This document shows positions 25,075 to 39,641 of a stretch of 64,000 bases of DNA, piece by piece. The stretch lies in contig CM059432.1 in the NCBI GenBank assembly GCA_030390025.1, positions 116,314,001-116,378,000 on the forward strand, given 5' to 3'. The translations under genes and the position numbers were made by a program. Each line of letters opens with the position of its first letter. The stretch's first letter is position 1. The DNA comes from Squalus acanthias (Eukaryota). The notes under the pieces were generated by a model. That model saw only the letters and a program-made list of their open reading frames with translations, did not search any database and was not told the origin of the DNA.

Positions 25075-26655
25075 ACATTAAGAACATAAGTAGGAGCAGG
25101 AGTAGGCCATTCGGCCCTTCGAGCCTGCTCCACCATTCAATGAGATCAAGGCTGATCTTCTGCCTCAACTCCATTCACCGGCCCTATCGCCATATCCCTT
25201 GATGCCCTTACTAGTCAGAAATCTATCGACTTCTGTTTTGAATATACCCAATGACTGAGCCTCCACAGCCCTCTGGGGTAGAGAATTCCAAAGATTCACC
25301 ACCCTCTGTGTGAAGAAATTTCTTCTCATCTCAGTCCTGAATGGCCTACCCTTTATCCTGAGGCTGTGGCCCCTGGTTCTAGATTCCCCAGCCAAGGGAA
25401 ACATTCTCCCAGCATCCACCCTATCAAGTCCTGTAATAATTTTGTATGCTTCAATGAGATCCCCTCTCATTCTTCTGAATTCAAGAGAATACAGGCCTAG
25501 TTTACTCAATCTCTTCTCATACGACAGTCCCGCCATCCCAGGAATCAATCTCGTGAACCTTCGTTGCACTCCTTCTATGGCAAGTATATCCTTCCTTAGG
25601 TAAGTAGACCAAAATTGTACACAGTACTCCAGGTGTGGTCTCACCAAGGCCCTATATAATTGGAGTAAGACTTCTTTACTCCTGTACTCAAATCCTCTTG
25701 TAATGAAGGCCAGCATACCATTTGCCTTCCTAATGGTTTGCTGCACCTGCACATTCACTTTCAGTGACTCATGTACAAGGACACCCTTTGAGCATCTGCA
25801 TTCCCCAATCTTTCACCATTTAGGAAATACTCTGCTTTTCTGTTTTTTCTACCAAAGTGGATAACTTCACATTTATCCAAATTATATTCCATCTGCCATG
25901 TTCTCGCCCACTCAATGAGCCTGTCGAGATCCCCTTGAAGCCTCTTCACATCCTCTTCACAACTGACACTGACACCTAGCTTTGTATCATCAGCAAATTT
26001 GGAAATGTTACATTTAGTCCCCTCATCCAAATCATTGATATAGATTGTGAATAGCTGGGGCCCAAAGCACCGATCCTTGCGGTACCCCACTAGTCACAGC
26101 CTGCCATCCTGGAAAAGACCCGTTTATCCCTACTCTTTGTTTTCTGTCTGTTAACTAATTCTCAATCCATGCCAGTATATTACTCCCAATTCCATGTGCC
26201 CTAATTTTGTTCACCAACCTCTTGTGTGGGACCTTATCGAAGGTCTTCTGAAAATCCAGATACACCACATCTACCGGTTCCTCTTTGTCTCCTCCACTAG
26301 TTACATCCTCAAAGAACTCCAATTGGTTTGTCAAACAGGATTTCCCTTTCATAAATCCATGTTGACTCTGCCCAATCTTACTATTAGTTTCTAAGTGCCC
26401 AGTTATTGCATCCTTTATAATAGATTCCAGCATTTTCCCAACTACTGATCTGAGGCTAACAGGTCTGTAGTTCCCCGTTTTCTCTCTCCCTCCTTTCTTA
26501 AATAGGGGGTTACATTTGCTATCCTCCAATCTGCAGGGACCGTTCCAGAATCTATAGAATTTTGGAAAATAACAACCAATGCGTCCACTATCCCAATGGC
26601 CACCTCTTTCAAAACCCTAGGATGTAGGTCATCCGGTCCTTGGGATTTATCGACA
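25075..26655 (-). mobile_element. Young CR1 fragment (RT to 3' end)
   Basis: [42 protein letters not shown] in ORFs 26155..26529, 25761..26090, 25165..25758. Confidence 0.92.
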
Positions 26656-28199
26656 TTAGTTAGACTCCTGCACCAGTCAGCTCAAAAAAAATTTGTACCG
26701 TAACTTGGAAGTGTGAGCTGATAATGACGCAGCGAGGGCAGCGGGGCATCTGGGACCTCAGTGAACGGCAAGACTCACATTGTATCTCCTTAATAAATGA
26801 GATTTAAGGATTGAGAAAGAAACAGAGGCACAACGGAGAAGGGGATGAATTAAAGTCAAATCAGGCACAGAAAGAGAAATAAAGAGAGGGAAAGAAAAAT
26901 TGGATTGAGAGAGAGAGAGAGATAAAAGAGACAGGAAGGAAAAGTAAGAAAAATATATATTTTTATATCTCTATGAACAAGTCACTACCTGAAGGCAAGA
27001 TTTAAGAGTTAACTCAACAGTTTAAATTGTTCCGGGCCAGAGAGGTTGTTTGGCATTGCATTAACAATTATCACATCGTTAAAAGGGCACTTAGGCTCTT
27101 AATTACCAGACTTAACTTTCTGCAGTGAGTTTAATGGGCAATTAATGTGCAAATCCAACAAGTTCTTAAAAATAATGGGGAGGCTAAGGGCGCAATGCCG
27201 TTTGTGCGATCAAATGGCGGAGTGGCGTAAATCATCCAGCAAGTTCTGGAGATTCGCAACTCACGGCATATCTCTTCATCCCCTGAATTTGCTGGCCGAT
27301 TTGTACATTACTAACGGCGTGCGTCATTAACACACCGTTATTCTCCCTGAAGATCCAGCCCATTAATCTGCCTGGCAACGAGCTCTGACAGAGACAGTAA
27401 TAGTTTCTAAAGGCCAGTGATATATATTTATAATGTTAACATCTGCCTTAATTTCAGTTTTACAGCTTGTTAATAATGCAGCATTACAGAGTTAATGATG
27501 CTGATTAAACAGCGCTCTGGGGAATTACACTGATATACATGTGGCAACATGTGTGAGCTCGCCAATTATATCTCTTAGTAATCTTCCCTGTTTACTGTCA
27601 ATTTTACTGGTTATATGAAGTTTTAAAGACTTGCTGCTCTTATTAACTCTTTTTTTCAACATGTAGTTGTTACACATTTATAATAATTTGCAAAATACAA
27701 GCAGATGCGAGGAGGAGCAGTGAGTTTGCAGAAAATAAAATATGGAGTGATGCATCCTTCATGATCGGTTCATTTCCCATCCGTTTCCACCATTCCAACA
27801 TATTACTTTATACCATCCATGAAGCTGATTTCTTTTTAAAAGTAGAATCGCTTCCTTTTAAATTAAAAATGTCATAGTTTATGGAAAACCTTTTTCGGGT
27901 AAGTTTAGAAGAGTGGTGGATTGAGTTGCCTCTGCTCCACTCTGTTAAAATTTAGTATGATTATAGACTTCTGTCAAACATTGAGGGAGCAAGTTTGAGG
28001 CATCCATGCACAATGTATATCTGCATCAGACTTACTCCTGCAGATGGGTGGATATGGGTCACTGTGGTTTTAGTCCATATAAGCATTAAAACCAAGGGAT
28101 TCAAATTTACCACCAGTCACAATGGTTGCCCAGAGAGCATCTAACAAGTTCCTGCAACAAGTCTGCACTGAATGAGACAGGCATCTCAGTTTATGGCTA

Positions 28200-28695
28200 C
28201 ATAGGGATTACATAGAGATTACATGGGATATACGGCACAGAAACAGGCCATTCGGCCCAACCAGTCCATGCCGGCATTTATGCTCCACTCGAGCCTCCTC
28301 CCATCCTTCCTCATCTAAATCTATCAGCATAACCCTCTATTCCGTTCACCCTCATCTGCTTGTCTAGCCTCCCCTTAAATGCATCTATACTATTGGCTTC
28401 AACCACTCCCTGTGGTAGCGAGTTCCACATTCTCACTACTCTCTGAGTGAAGAAGTTTCTTCTGAATTCCCTGTTGGATTTCTTGGTGACTATCTTATAT
28501 TGATGGCCTCTAGTTATGCTCTTCCCCACAAGTGGAAACATTCTCTCTGTATCCACTCTATCAAAATCTTTCATAATTTTAAAGACCTCTATTAGGTCAC
28601 CCCTCAGCCTTCTCTTTTCAAGAGAAAAGAGACCCAACCTGTTCATCCTTCCCTGATAGGTATAACCTTGCACTTCTGGTATCATCCTTGTAAAT
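28200..28695 (-). mobile_element. CR1 3' fragment
   Basis: ORF 28311..28685 RRLRGDLIEVFK...RRNFFTQRVV; ends about 65 nt into intron 3 from the exon 3 donor. Confidence 0.88.
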
Positions 28696-28754
28696 CATTA
28701 AAGACAAACTATTGATGAAAATACATTCATGAAATTCAAAGTAAAAATGTTTTA

Positions 28755-28970
<216 letters not shown>

Positions 28971-29458
28971 TCAATAGCATCTAATTATTGGTTGTTGTTG
29001 CATTCTCATTTATAAAATGAGTTTCCGTATATAAGGATAGAAAATACTGTCAGCGATATTAGCAGGCAAAAACTTAAAAGTGTTCAGTTTCATTCCTGTC
29101 AGCTGTTTTAATGGGAAATGTTAGCCCATTTATTTGAAGCTTATAGAGTAGTTTTACCTACACTGAGGACAAAAATTACACTGGGAAATTACTCAACACA
29201 ATCCTCAGCCATCAAGGCCAGACTGTGGTAAGCCAATGATTGAAGTTAAAAGAATTTTAACTACTCATATGGAACAGTTGGCCATCCTTAACACATTCAC
29301 ACATAGGATATTTAACATATACACAGGAGATGTTTGACACAAAAACACATGAACTAGTGTTGGTACCTAACATTTTTATGCATCTTATTTCAATCTCTGA
29401 ACACTAATTGTCCTTAACTTGCACATGTAACATTTCCTACATTGCAACAGTGACTACA

Positions 29459-32400
29459 TACGAACATACGAATTAGGAGCAGGAGTAGGCCACTCGGCCC
29501 TTCGAGCCTGCTCCGCCATTCAATAAGATCATGGCTGATCCGATTATTCCACATTCCTGCCTACCCCTGATAACTTTTCACCCCCTTGCTTACCAAGAAT
29601 CTATCTACCTCTGCCTTAAAAATACTCAAAGATTCTGCTTCCACCGCCCTCTGAGGAAGAGAGTTCCAAAGACTCACGACCCTCTGTGAGAAAAAATTTC
29701 TCCTCATCTCTGTCTTAAATGGACGACCCCTTATTTTTAAACAGTGACCCCTAGTTCTAGATTCTCCCACAAGAGGAAACATCCTCTCCACATCCACCCT
29801 GTCCAGACCCCTCAGGACCTTATGTTTCAATCAAGTCACCTCTTATTCTTCTAAACTCCAGCGGATACAAGCCTAGCCTGTCCAACCTTTCCTCATAGGA
29901 CAACCCGCCCATTCCAGGTATTAGTCTAGTAAATCTTCTCTGAACTGTTTCCAATGCATTTACATCCTTCCTTAAATAAGGAGACCAATACTGTACACAG
30001 TACTCCAGATGTGGTCTCACCAATGCCTTGTATAACTGAAGCATAACCTCCATACTTTTGTATTCAATTCCCCTCGCAATAAACGATAACATTCTATTAG
30101 CTTTCCTAATTACTTGCTGTACCTGCATAGTAACCTTTTGCATTTCATGCACTAGGATACCCAGATCCCTCTGCATCTCAGAGCTCTGCAATCTCTCACC
30201 ATTTAGATAATATGCTTCTTTTTTATTCTTCCTGCCAAAATGGACAACTTCACATTTTCCCACATTATACTCCATTTGCCCGATCTTTGCCCACTCACTT
30301 AACCTATCTATATCCCTTTGTAGCCTTCTTATGTCCTCTTCACAATTTACTTTCCTACCTATCTTTGTGTCATCAGCAAATTTAGCAACCATACCTTTGG
30401 TCCCTTCATCCAAGTCATTTATATAAATTGTAAAAAGTTGAGACCCCAGCACTGATCCCTGTGGCACACCACTCGTTACATCTTGCCAATCAGAAAATGA
30501 CGTATTTATGCCTACTCTCTGTTTCCTGTTAGCTAGCCAATCTTCTATCCATGCCAATATGTTACCCCCTACACCATGAGCTTTTATTTTCTGCAATAAC
30601 CTTTGATGTGGCACCTTATCAAATGCCTTCTGGAAATCTAAGTACAGTACATCCACCGGTTCCCCTTTATCCACAGCACATGTTACTTCCTCAAAGAACT
30701 CCAATAAATTGGTTAAACATGATTTCCCTTGCACAAAACCATGTTGACTCTGCCTGATTACTTTGAATTTTTCTAAATGCCCTGCTATAACGTCTTTAAT
30801 AATAGCTTCTAACATCTTCCCTATGACCGATGTTAAGCTAACTGGCCTGTAGTTTCCTGCTTTCTGTCTCCCTCCCTTTTTGAATAAAAGAGTTACATTC
30901 GCTATTTTCCAATCTATTGGAACTTTCCCCGAATCTAGGCAATTTTGGAAAATTAAAACCAAAGCATCAACTATCTCACTAGCCACTTCTTTTAAAACCC
31001 TAGGATGAAGTCCATCAGGACCCGAGGACTTGTCAGCCCGCAGCTCCAACAATTTGCTCAGTACCACTTCCTGGTGATTATAATTTTCTTGAGTGCCTCC
31101 CTCCCTTCCATTTGCTGATTTACAGCTATTTCTGGGATGTTACTTGTATCCTCTATAGTGAAGACCGATGCAAAATACCTGTTCAATTCAACTGCCATCT
31201 CCTTATTTTCCATTATTAATTCCCCAGGCTCACTTTTTATAGGACCAACGCTCACTTTGTTAACTCTTTTCTTTTTTAAATATCTATAGAAACTCTTACT
31301 ATCTGTTTTTATATTTCTAGCTAGCTTTCTCTCGTACTCTAATTTTTCTCTCCTTATTAATCTTTTAGTCATTCTTTGCTGTTTTTTATATTCTGTCCAA
31401 TCTTCTGACCTGCCACCCATCTTTGTGCAATTATATGCTTTTTTAAAAGTTTAATACTATCTTTAACTTTTTTAGTTAACCACGGATGGTGGGTCCTCCC
31501 CTTGTAATTTTTCTTTCTTGTTGGAATGTATATATTCTGTGTATTTTGAAATATCCCCTTAAATGTCTGCCACTGCAACTCTATTGACCTATCCCTTAAC
31601 CTAGTTTGCCAGTTCACTTTAGCTAGCTCTGCTTTCATGCCCTCATAATTGCCCTTATTTAAGTTTAAAATACTAGTCTTGGACCCACTCTTCTCTCTCT
31701 CAAACTGAATGTAAAATTCAATCATATTATGATCGCTGCTACCTAGGGGCGCCTTCACTATGAGGTAATTAATTAATCCTATCTTGTTGCACAATACTAG
31801 GTCTAGTATGATAGCAAAATACTGCGGATGCTGGAAATCTGAAATAACAACAGAAAACGCTGGAAAAACTCAGCAGGCCAGGCAGCATCCGTGGAGAGAG
31901 AAAGAGAGTTAACGTTTCAGGTCGATGACCTTTCGTCAGAACTAGGTCTAGTATAGCCTGCTCTCTGGTTGGCTCCAGAACGTGCTGTTGTAAGAAACTA
32001 TCCCGAAAACATTCCATGAACTCCTCATCTATGCTACCTTTGCCCATCTGATTTTTCCAGTCTATATGCAGATTAAAATCCCCCATGATTATTACCGTAC
32101 CCTTCTGACAAGCTCCCATTATTTCTTCCTTTATACTCCATCCTACCATGTGGTTACTGTTAGGGGGCCTGTACACCACTCCCACAAGTGACTTCTTGCC
32201 TATATTATTTCTCATCTCTACCCAAACCGCTTCTACATCCTGGTTTCCTGAACTTAGGTCATCCCTCTCTATTGTGCTAATACCATCATTAATTAACAGA
32301 GCCACCCCTCCATCTTTTCCCACCTTCCTGTCCTTCCTAAATGTCATGTACCCTTCAATATTCAGGTCCCAATCTATGTCATCCTGCAGCCATGTTTCTG

Positions 32401-33520
32401 TAATGGCTATCAGATCATATTTATTTATTTCTATTTGCACTATCAGTTCATCTGTTTTGTTTCGAATGCTACGTGCATTCAGATGCAGAGCCTTTAGCTT
32501 TGTCCTTTTATTATTTTTGTAACCTCTAGCCTTATCTGTTGATTTACTCTTAGATTTGTACTCTCTATCCCTTCCTGTCACGGTCTGTTTATCATTTCCC
32601 ATATTAATACCTTTCTCTATTGCCTTGTCTCTAATCTTTGAATTACCACATCTTCTCAAATTTGATCCCATGCCCCCAAAATTTAGTTTAAAGCCCTCTC
32701 TACTGCCCTAGTTATACGACTCGCCAGAACACTGGTCCCAGCACGGTTCAGGTGAAGACCGTCCCAACGATACAGATCCCACTTTCCCCAGTACTGGTGC
32801 CAGTGCCCCAGGAATTGAAACCCATTTCTCCCACACCAGTCTTTGAGCCATGCATTCGTCTCTCTAATTTTATTTACCCTATGCCAATTTGCTCGTGGCT
32901 CAGGTAATAATGCAGACATTATTACCCTTGAGGTTCTGCTTTTTAATTTAGCCCCTAGCTGCTCATACTCTCTCAGCAGAACCTCTTTCCTAGTTCTACC
33001 TATGTCGTTGGTACCTACATGGACCACGACCATTGGCTCCTCCCCCTCCCACTGCAAGTTCCTCTCCAGCCCAGAGCAGATGTCCCGAACCCTGGCACCG
33101 GGCAGGCAACACAGCCGTCTGGACTCTCGCTCTTGGCCGCAGAGAACTGTATCTATCCCCCTGACTATGCTGTCCCCAATTACCACTACATTCCTATTAA
33201 CTCCCCCCGCTTGAATGGCTTCCTGTACCTTGGTGCCATGGTCAGTTTGCTCATCCATCCTGCAGCCACCGCTTTCATCCATACAGGCCGCAAGAACCTC
33301 AAACCTGTTGGACAATTGCAAAGGCTGAGGCTCCTCCACCTCCTGGGTCCTCATACCTGCCTCACTCGCAGTCACATCCTCCTGTCCCTGACCACTGACC
33401 AAATCAGAAGACCCTATCCTAAGGGGTGCGACTGCCTCCTGGAATAAAGTGTCCAGGTAACTTTCCCCCTCCCTGATGCATCGCAGAGTCCGCAGCTCGG
33501 CCTCCAGCTCATCAACTCTA
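29459..33520 (-). mobile_element. Near full-length CR1 LINE: ORF1 (SGNH esterase) and ORF2 (APE endonuclease + RT), frameshifted
   Basis: ORF1 VVVIGDSIVRG, VHVGTND, WDGLHL (32683..~33520); ORF2 NARSIRNK, AITETWL, GDFN, LGSSDHN, GNYRPVSL, GVPQGSVLG, KFADD; inserted inside a Deu-SINE tail (29428-29458 / 33523-33610). Confidence 0.95.
31810..31940 (-). mobile_element. 131-bp Penelope-like insert (family B) with hammerhead core and 14-bp TSD
   Basis: actaggtctagtat duplicated at 31796-31809 and 31941-31954; minus strand AGTT-CTGACGA-A-AGGTC-ATC-GACCT-GAAACGTT-AACT. Confidence 0.8.
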
Positions 33521-34419
33521 AACTTTAAAAAGTACTTCATTGGCTGTAAAGTGCTTTGGCACGTCCGGTGGTTGTGAAAGGCGCTATATAAATGCAAGTC
33601 TTTATTTTCTTTCTTTATATGTGATTGCATTAACAAGCATTTTTTAAAATTGTAGATTTGATTATATTAAAGATTGAAAATACAAAAATTGAAGTCAACT
33701 ATTAATAAAGATACCGGTATATTAAATAAACAAATACCTTCCACTGCCTGGTTACTAATAGGTTATTTGCTCCTGTTTTTTTATTTATATATATTTGCTA
33801 TTTGGGTCGGATGGCAGAGCAGGTTTTGGTTTCAAATTCAGCTCTGGCTTTTAGTCTAATGTCACCTCTTCCTGATGGGTAAAAGATCCTACATGAGATG
33901 GGTCTGTGTAGTCTCAGCCGAGTTCCTGGTGGGAACAGGATCGTAGCACAAAAATCATCCAGGATTTGGTAGAGTTTTGCACTAAATTAGCACGGCTTCT
34001 CAGTCAGTCTTCCTCACCGAATCTCATTCCAGGACATAGCTGCAGGGTCCGAGCAGCCACCACCACATTCATGTGCACTCTTTTGGTAATCTTTATATCC
34101 TTCCACATTTTGAAATGTTATTATCGTCACTGATACACATCATTGTCCTAGTTCATTGATCTTACTTCCAACTATTTTTAGCTGCTCCAAAATTGTAATG
34201 CACGGTGGGAGAGTCTCCTTTAATGCCATTATGACAAGTGATGGACTTCTGTAGTTTCCAGTGCACCTATTATGAACTGTGTGGGTTACTCTTGGATTCT
34301 CTCTTTCTTTCAGATGTCTTTACACCCAGGTGGTTCCAAATTTTTCTTCCTTTGGCTGAGACACTGTCCGAGGAGAACCAAGCATATTGTCCTCACAGCA
34401 ATTGTCCTCCTTACTCTTA

Positions 34420-34919
34420 NNNNNNNNNNNNNNNNNNNNNNNNNNNNNNNNNNNNNNNNNNNNNNNNNNNNNNNNNNNNNNNNNNNNNNNNNNNNNNNNN
34501 NNNNNNNNNNNNNNNNNNNNNNNNNNNNNNNNNNNNNNNNNNNNNNNNNNNNNNNNNNNNNNNNNNNNNNNNNNNNNNNNNNNNNNNNNNNNNNNNNNNN
34601 NNNNNNNNNNNNNNNNNNNNNNNNNNNNNNNNNNNNNNNNNNNNNNNNNNNNNNNNNNNNNNNNNNNNNNNNNNNNNNNNNNNNNNNNNNNNNNNNNNNN
34701 NNNNNNNNNNNNNNNNNNNNNNNNNNNNNNNNNNNNNNNNNNNNNNNNNNNNNNNNNNNNNNNNNNNNNNNNNNNNNNNNNNNNNNNNNNNNNNNNNNNN
34801 NNNNNNNNNNNNNNNNNNNNNNNNNNNNNNNNNNNNNNNNNNNNNNNNNNNNNNNNNNNNNNNNNNNNNNNNNNNNNNNNNNNNNNNNNNNNNNNNNNNN
34901 NNNNNNNNNNNNNNNNNNN
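34420..34919. other. Assembly gap (500 N) in DIPK1C intron 2
   Basis: Run of N. Confidence 0.99.
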
Positions 34920-36409
34920 AGCTAATTCTGGATTAACTGCTGGAATAAGATTGGCTAGGCTGGGGGAAATGAATATTACATGAAATACTCAATACCCCCT
35001 GCATTATTCTGAAATGTAGCTTCAGGTAAAATCACAAAGTACGTCCTCCCTCCATCGCCTGCCCTCTTGACATACCTGTCTCAGAATTTCAGAACTGAGA
35101 TTACAGCTGTAATTTCCCCAGTGTTAGCTGTGTTAACGAGCACTGTTGCATTGTACAATTGGTTCCATTGGGACCGGTGTGAAAATGCCAAGTCTCATTT
35201 CCTTCTGATCTGTAACAACCACTTGTTAAGATCCTGAAGACAATCTCTAGGGTATAGTTAGGTAATGTGAGGATTAAGATAGTCTCTTGTGAGTTCTTAG
35301 ATTACAAGAACATGAACGCAGTGTACTTAAATTACATGAGGAATCTCTTGTGTACTAGGGTTATTTGAGATTATGGAGAATTCCATAGGTCCCAGCCCCA
35401 GTAACATTTTTTTTAAATTCAGTGTAACTGTTTCCACCCCAAACCAACTGAAATGGTAAAAGAACTTATACTGCAAATGGAAAGAAAATATAAGTCTTAA
35501 AGTTACTGTAAATTATATTAACATATAAACACGTATCAGACTATTATACCTGATTCCTCTGGTAACTTAAAGGCAGCATTTAAGATAAATATATCTATTA
35601 AAATAATGGAGTGAGGAATTTGAAATGAATGCATTAACTTTGGCAAGATAATATCACATAGTAATTTTCAAACTTATATTTCTTAAAAAATATTTTGTTT
35701 ATCTGTATTCATAAATACCGAGAAAATGAATAAGTCCTGAAATCAGTTCACCTAACTTTTTATTTCTCTGACCAATTTTCTCCCCTCCCCTCCCTTCCCC
35801 TCCTCGATACTGTTCCACGAGTGGCAGGCGCTCTTTGATACCCCACTGAAGGGAACCCTGGGCGTTGGAGGGCTAATCAAATAAAAGTAGGAATCACTGC
35901 CATGCCCGATTCCATCTTCACCCAACATCCACACACACACTTCCAGCAGGAATGATCGGACAATGATCAGGAGCTGGAACCCCGAACAATTCTTCTCCTT
36001 ACTAACTCAGGGGGGCAGAGGTCAGCTGCCCTGCCCCTAATGCTGCCCAGCTGTGAACAGCTGGACCAGTGTTATAATTTCTAAAGACATTAAAAAATAT
36101 CTGACATAGTTTGCAATATAATAAACACAGATATAAAAGTGTTCTGTAGAATTTGGTTATAAATAAAGCAAATCCGCTAATGATTTGAAAATATTTGTAA
36201 TATTATATGTTGCCTTTTTTATTTAAGGTTTTTATAATGAATATTAATTGAGCCTCAAACACCATTGCTTACAGACAAAAATTTAAAAAAAGCGTATCTC
36301 TATTTCTGCAATTACCTTTCTGCTCATCTCCCATTCTCGAATTCATTTGGTTTCATTTATTTGTCTCTCTGTTTATCTTTTTGTCTCCCTCCCTATCTTT
36401 CCCCTGTCT

Positions 36410-37905
36410 CTTTATAGAAAAGAATAGAAAAATAGAATATTTTTTAAACAGTGAGAAACTATTAAATGTTGCTGTTCAGAGAGATTTAGGTGTCCCCATA
36501 CAGGAAACACAGAGAGTTAGCATGCAGGTACAGCAAGCAATTAGGAAGGCAAATGGCATGTTGGCCTTTATTGTAAGGGGGTTGGAGTATAAGAGTAAGG
36601 AAGTCTTAGTACAATTGTACAGGGCTCTGGTGAGACCACACCTGGAGTACTGGGCATAGTTTTGGTCTCCTTATCTGAGGAAGGATATACTTGCCTTAAA
36701 GGCGGTGCAACAAAGGTTCACTAGATTGATTCCTGGGATGAGATGGCTGTCCTATGGGGAGACATTGAGAAGATTGGGCCTATACTATCTGTAGGTTAGA
36801 AGAATGAGAGGGGATCCCATTGAAACATATAAGATACTGAGGGGGATTGACAGGGTAGATGCTGAGAGGTTGATTCCCCTGGCTGAAGAGTCTGGAACTA
36901 GGGGGCATAGTTTCGGGCTAAGGGGTCGGCCATTTAACAACAGCAACAACAACAACAACTTGTATTTATATAGCGCCTTTAATGTAGTAAAACGTCCCAA
37001 GGCGCTGCACAGGAGTGTTATAAGACAAAAAATTGACAACAGCCACATAAGAAATTAGGGCAGATGACCAATAGCTTGATCAAAGAGGTAGGTTTTAAGC
37101 AGCGTCTTAAAGGAGGAAAGAGAGGTAGAAAGTTGTAAAGGTTTAGGCAGGGAATTCCAGAGCTTAGGGCCTAGGCAACAGATGGCACGGCCACCAATGG
37201 TTGAGCGATTATATCAGGGATGCTCAAGAGGGCAGAATTAGAGGAGCGCAGAGATCTCGGGGCGTTGTGGGACTGAAGGAGATTACAGAGATAGGGAGAG
37301 GCGAGGCCATGGAGGGATTTGAAAACAAGGATGAGAATTTTGAAATCAATGTGTTGCTTAACCGGGAGCCAATGTAGGTCAGCGTGCACAGGGGTGATGG
37401 GTGAACGGGACATGGTGCGAGTTAGGACACAGGCAACCGAGTTTTGGATGACCTCAAGTTTACGTAGGGTAGAATGTGGGAGGCCAGCCAGGAGTGTGCT
37501 GGAATAGTCAAGTCTAGAGGTAACAAAGGCATGGATGAGGGTTTCAGCAGCGGATGAACTGAGGCGGGCAATGTTACGGAGGTGGAAATAGGCGGTCTTA
37601 GTTATGCCACGGATATGTGGTCGGAAGCTAATTTCAGGGTCAAATATGACATCAAGACTGAGATGAGGAGGAACTTCTTCACTCAAAGGGTTGGGAATCT
37701 TTGGAATTCTCTACCCCAAAGGGCTGCGGATGCTGATTCGTTGAGTATATTCAAGGCTGAGTTAGATAGATTTTTGGACTCTAGGGAAATCAAGGGATAT
37801 GGCGGGAAAGTGGAGTTGAGGTCAAAGATCAGCCATGATCTTACTGAATGGTGGAGCAGGCTCGAGGGGCCGTATGGCCTACTCCTGCTCCTAATTCTTA
37901 TGTGG
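36410..37905 (+). mobile_element. CR1 3' fragment interrupted by an inverted L2 3' fragment (~36938-37655)
   Basis: CR1 RGRPF|KTEMRRNFF split; L2 ORF 37171..37686 (KTAYFHLRNIARL, LIHAFVTSRLDY, LHWLPV) with (GTT)n tail at 36938-36960. Confidence 0.85.
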
Positions 37906-37964
37906 CCAACACACACTTCCCGTTGTCATCTCTGTATTTCTCTATGACTTTTTTTCTCACACTC

Positions 37965-38268
37965 AGAATCACAGAATCCCCACAGTGCAGATAGAGGCCA
38001 TTTCGGCCCATCGAGCCTGCACTGACACATATCCCACCCTATCCCCGTAACCCCACGTATTTAATCCCCCCTAACACTAAGGGTCAATTTATCATAGCCA
38101 AATCAACCTAACCCGCACATCTTTGGACTGTGGGAGGAAACCGGAGCACCCGCAGGAAACCCACGCAGACACGGGGAGAATGTGCAAACTCCACACAGTC
38201 AACCAAGGCCGGATTCGAACCCGGTTCCCTGGCGCTGTGAGGCAACAGTGCTAACCGCTATGCCACCA
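37965..38268 (-). mobile_element. HE1-type V-SINE (tRNA head, V domain, CR1-derived tail)
   Basis: A box ggtggcatagcggttag, B box gggttcgaatcc, V domain gtgtggagtttgcacattctccccgtgtctgcgtgggtttcc. Confidence 0.85.
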
Positions 38269-39641
38269 TGTTACTCTCCCTTTGGATAAGTGTCTTGCTG
38301 TCTTTCCTCTCTACTATACCTCTTTTTTTTCCTCTCGGCATGTCTTTCTTTCTATATGACTGGCACACTGCATTCCATTGTTATAAATTTTTATATAAGT
38401 ACATAATGACTCCAATATTCTAAGCACATATGGTTCATGAGGGAACAGTGAGTTGGGCAGAGGCAGGTACAGGACCAGAGAACATAGCAGAGGTGGGTGT
38501 GGGTAGGGAGGGGCAATTCAGCTCAGGCAGAGAAAAGTGGTTGAGCAAGTCAAGCCACATGGGACAAGAAAGCAATTTTAAAAGTACGATAAAAATTAAA
38601 AATGAAGGGATCAATTGTTGAACACAAGCGCATCCCGAGATAAGTTTAACTGCTATTGAGGGAAGTTTGAAAATTGGCAGGTTGTTTCCAGATCAGATGA
38701 AACCAGCATGAAAAAACTATCTTTCTTTATCTTTTTTATACTTGTGACAGTTTAAAGTGTGATGTTTAAAGTGTGATTGTGTCTGTGCCGGCTCTTTGAA
38801 GAGCGATCCAATTAGTCCCACACCCCTGCTCTATCCCCGTAACCCTGCAACTGTTTCCTTTTCAAGTATATATTTAATTCCTTTTGAAAGTTATTATTAA
38901 ATCTGCTTCCAACCGCCCTGTCAGACAGTGCATTCCAGCTGTAAACTAAACAGGAGACTTTAATGTAAACAGATAGATATTTGTATTTCTTGTGCGTATT
39001 TTAAGCTATGTGCTTGAAATCTAGGAACATAGGAACAGGAGGAGGCCATTCAGCAGCCCGAGCCTGTTCTTCCATTCTATTAGATCATGGCTAATCTGTA
39101 ACTCAACTCCATTTCCCTGCCTGTGCCCCATATCCCTTGATACCCTTGCCTAGCAAAAATCTATCTCAGCGCTTCAACGGATTTATTAAACACTGTGGAG
39201 TTATTTTCACAGATTTGATGAGGTTTATATTATATTTCTACCATCTCTTCTTTCACTGGCGTGAACCAACTCACTGAAATAGGAGCATGTTGGAAGCACA
39301 CAGCAGATCCAGCAGCATCTGAAAAGAGAAAGGACATTTCAGATGTTATGTAGACTTTTTTGGTGAAGGCTCGACATCTGTGATGTCACCCTCTCTTTTC
39401 CCTTTTCGGATACTCATGGACCTGGTGTACATTTCCAGTATTTTCAGATTTTGAAACCTAGTGGAAGCTGCATCAGTCTAATAGAAAGATTATGACCCTG
39501 AATAGCGTACACCACTTGAAACAGACAACCGTACACCTCTGATTTATGATATTTTTCAAATTCATTTACGAACGGGGGGGAAAAAGAAATGAACCTGTCT
39601 TTTCAATGCTGTCGTTCTCACATCCCCTGCGCATAAATTAC

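Noticed and set aside
34238..34983. ORFs of 198-232 aa
   Set aside because: Artefacts of reading through the N gap.
38195..38268. tRNA-like sequences (also near 40930-40985, 51780-51845, 63121-63205)
   Set aside because: SINE heads with A/B boxes attached to SINE bodies; no complete cloverleaf.
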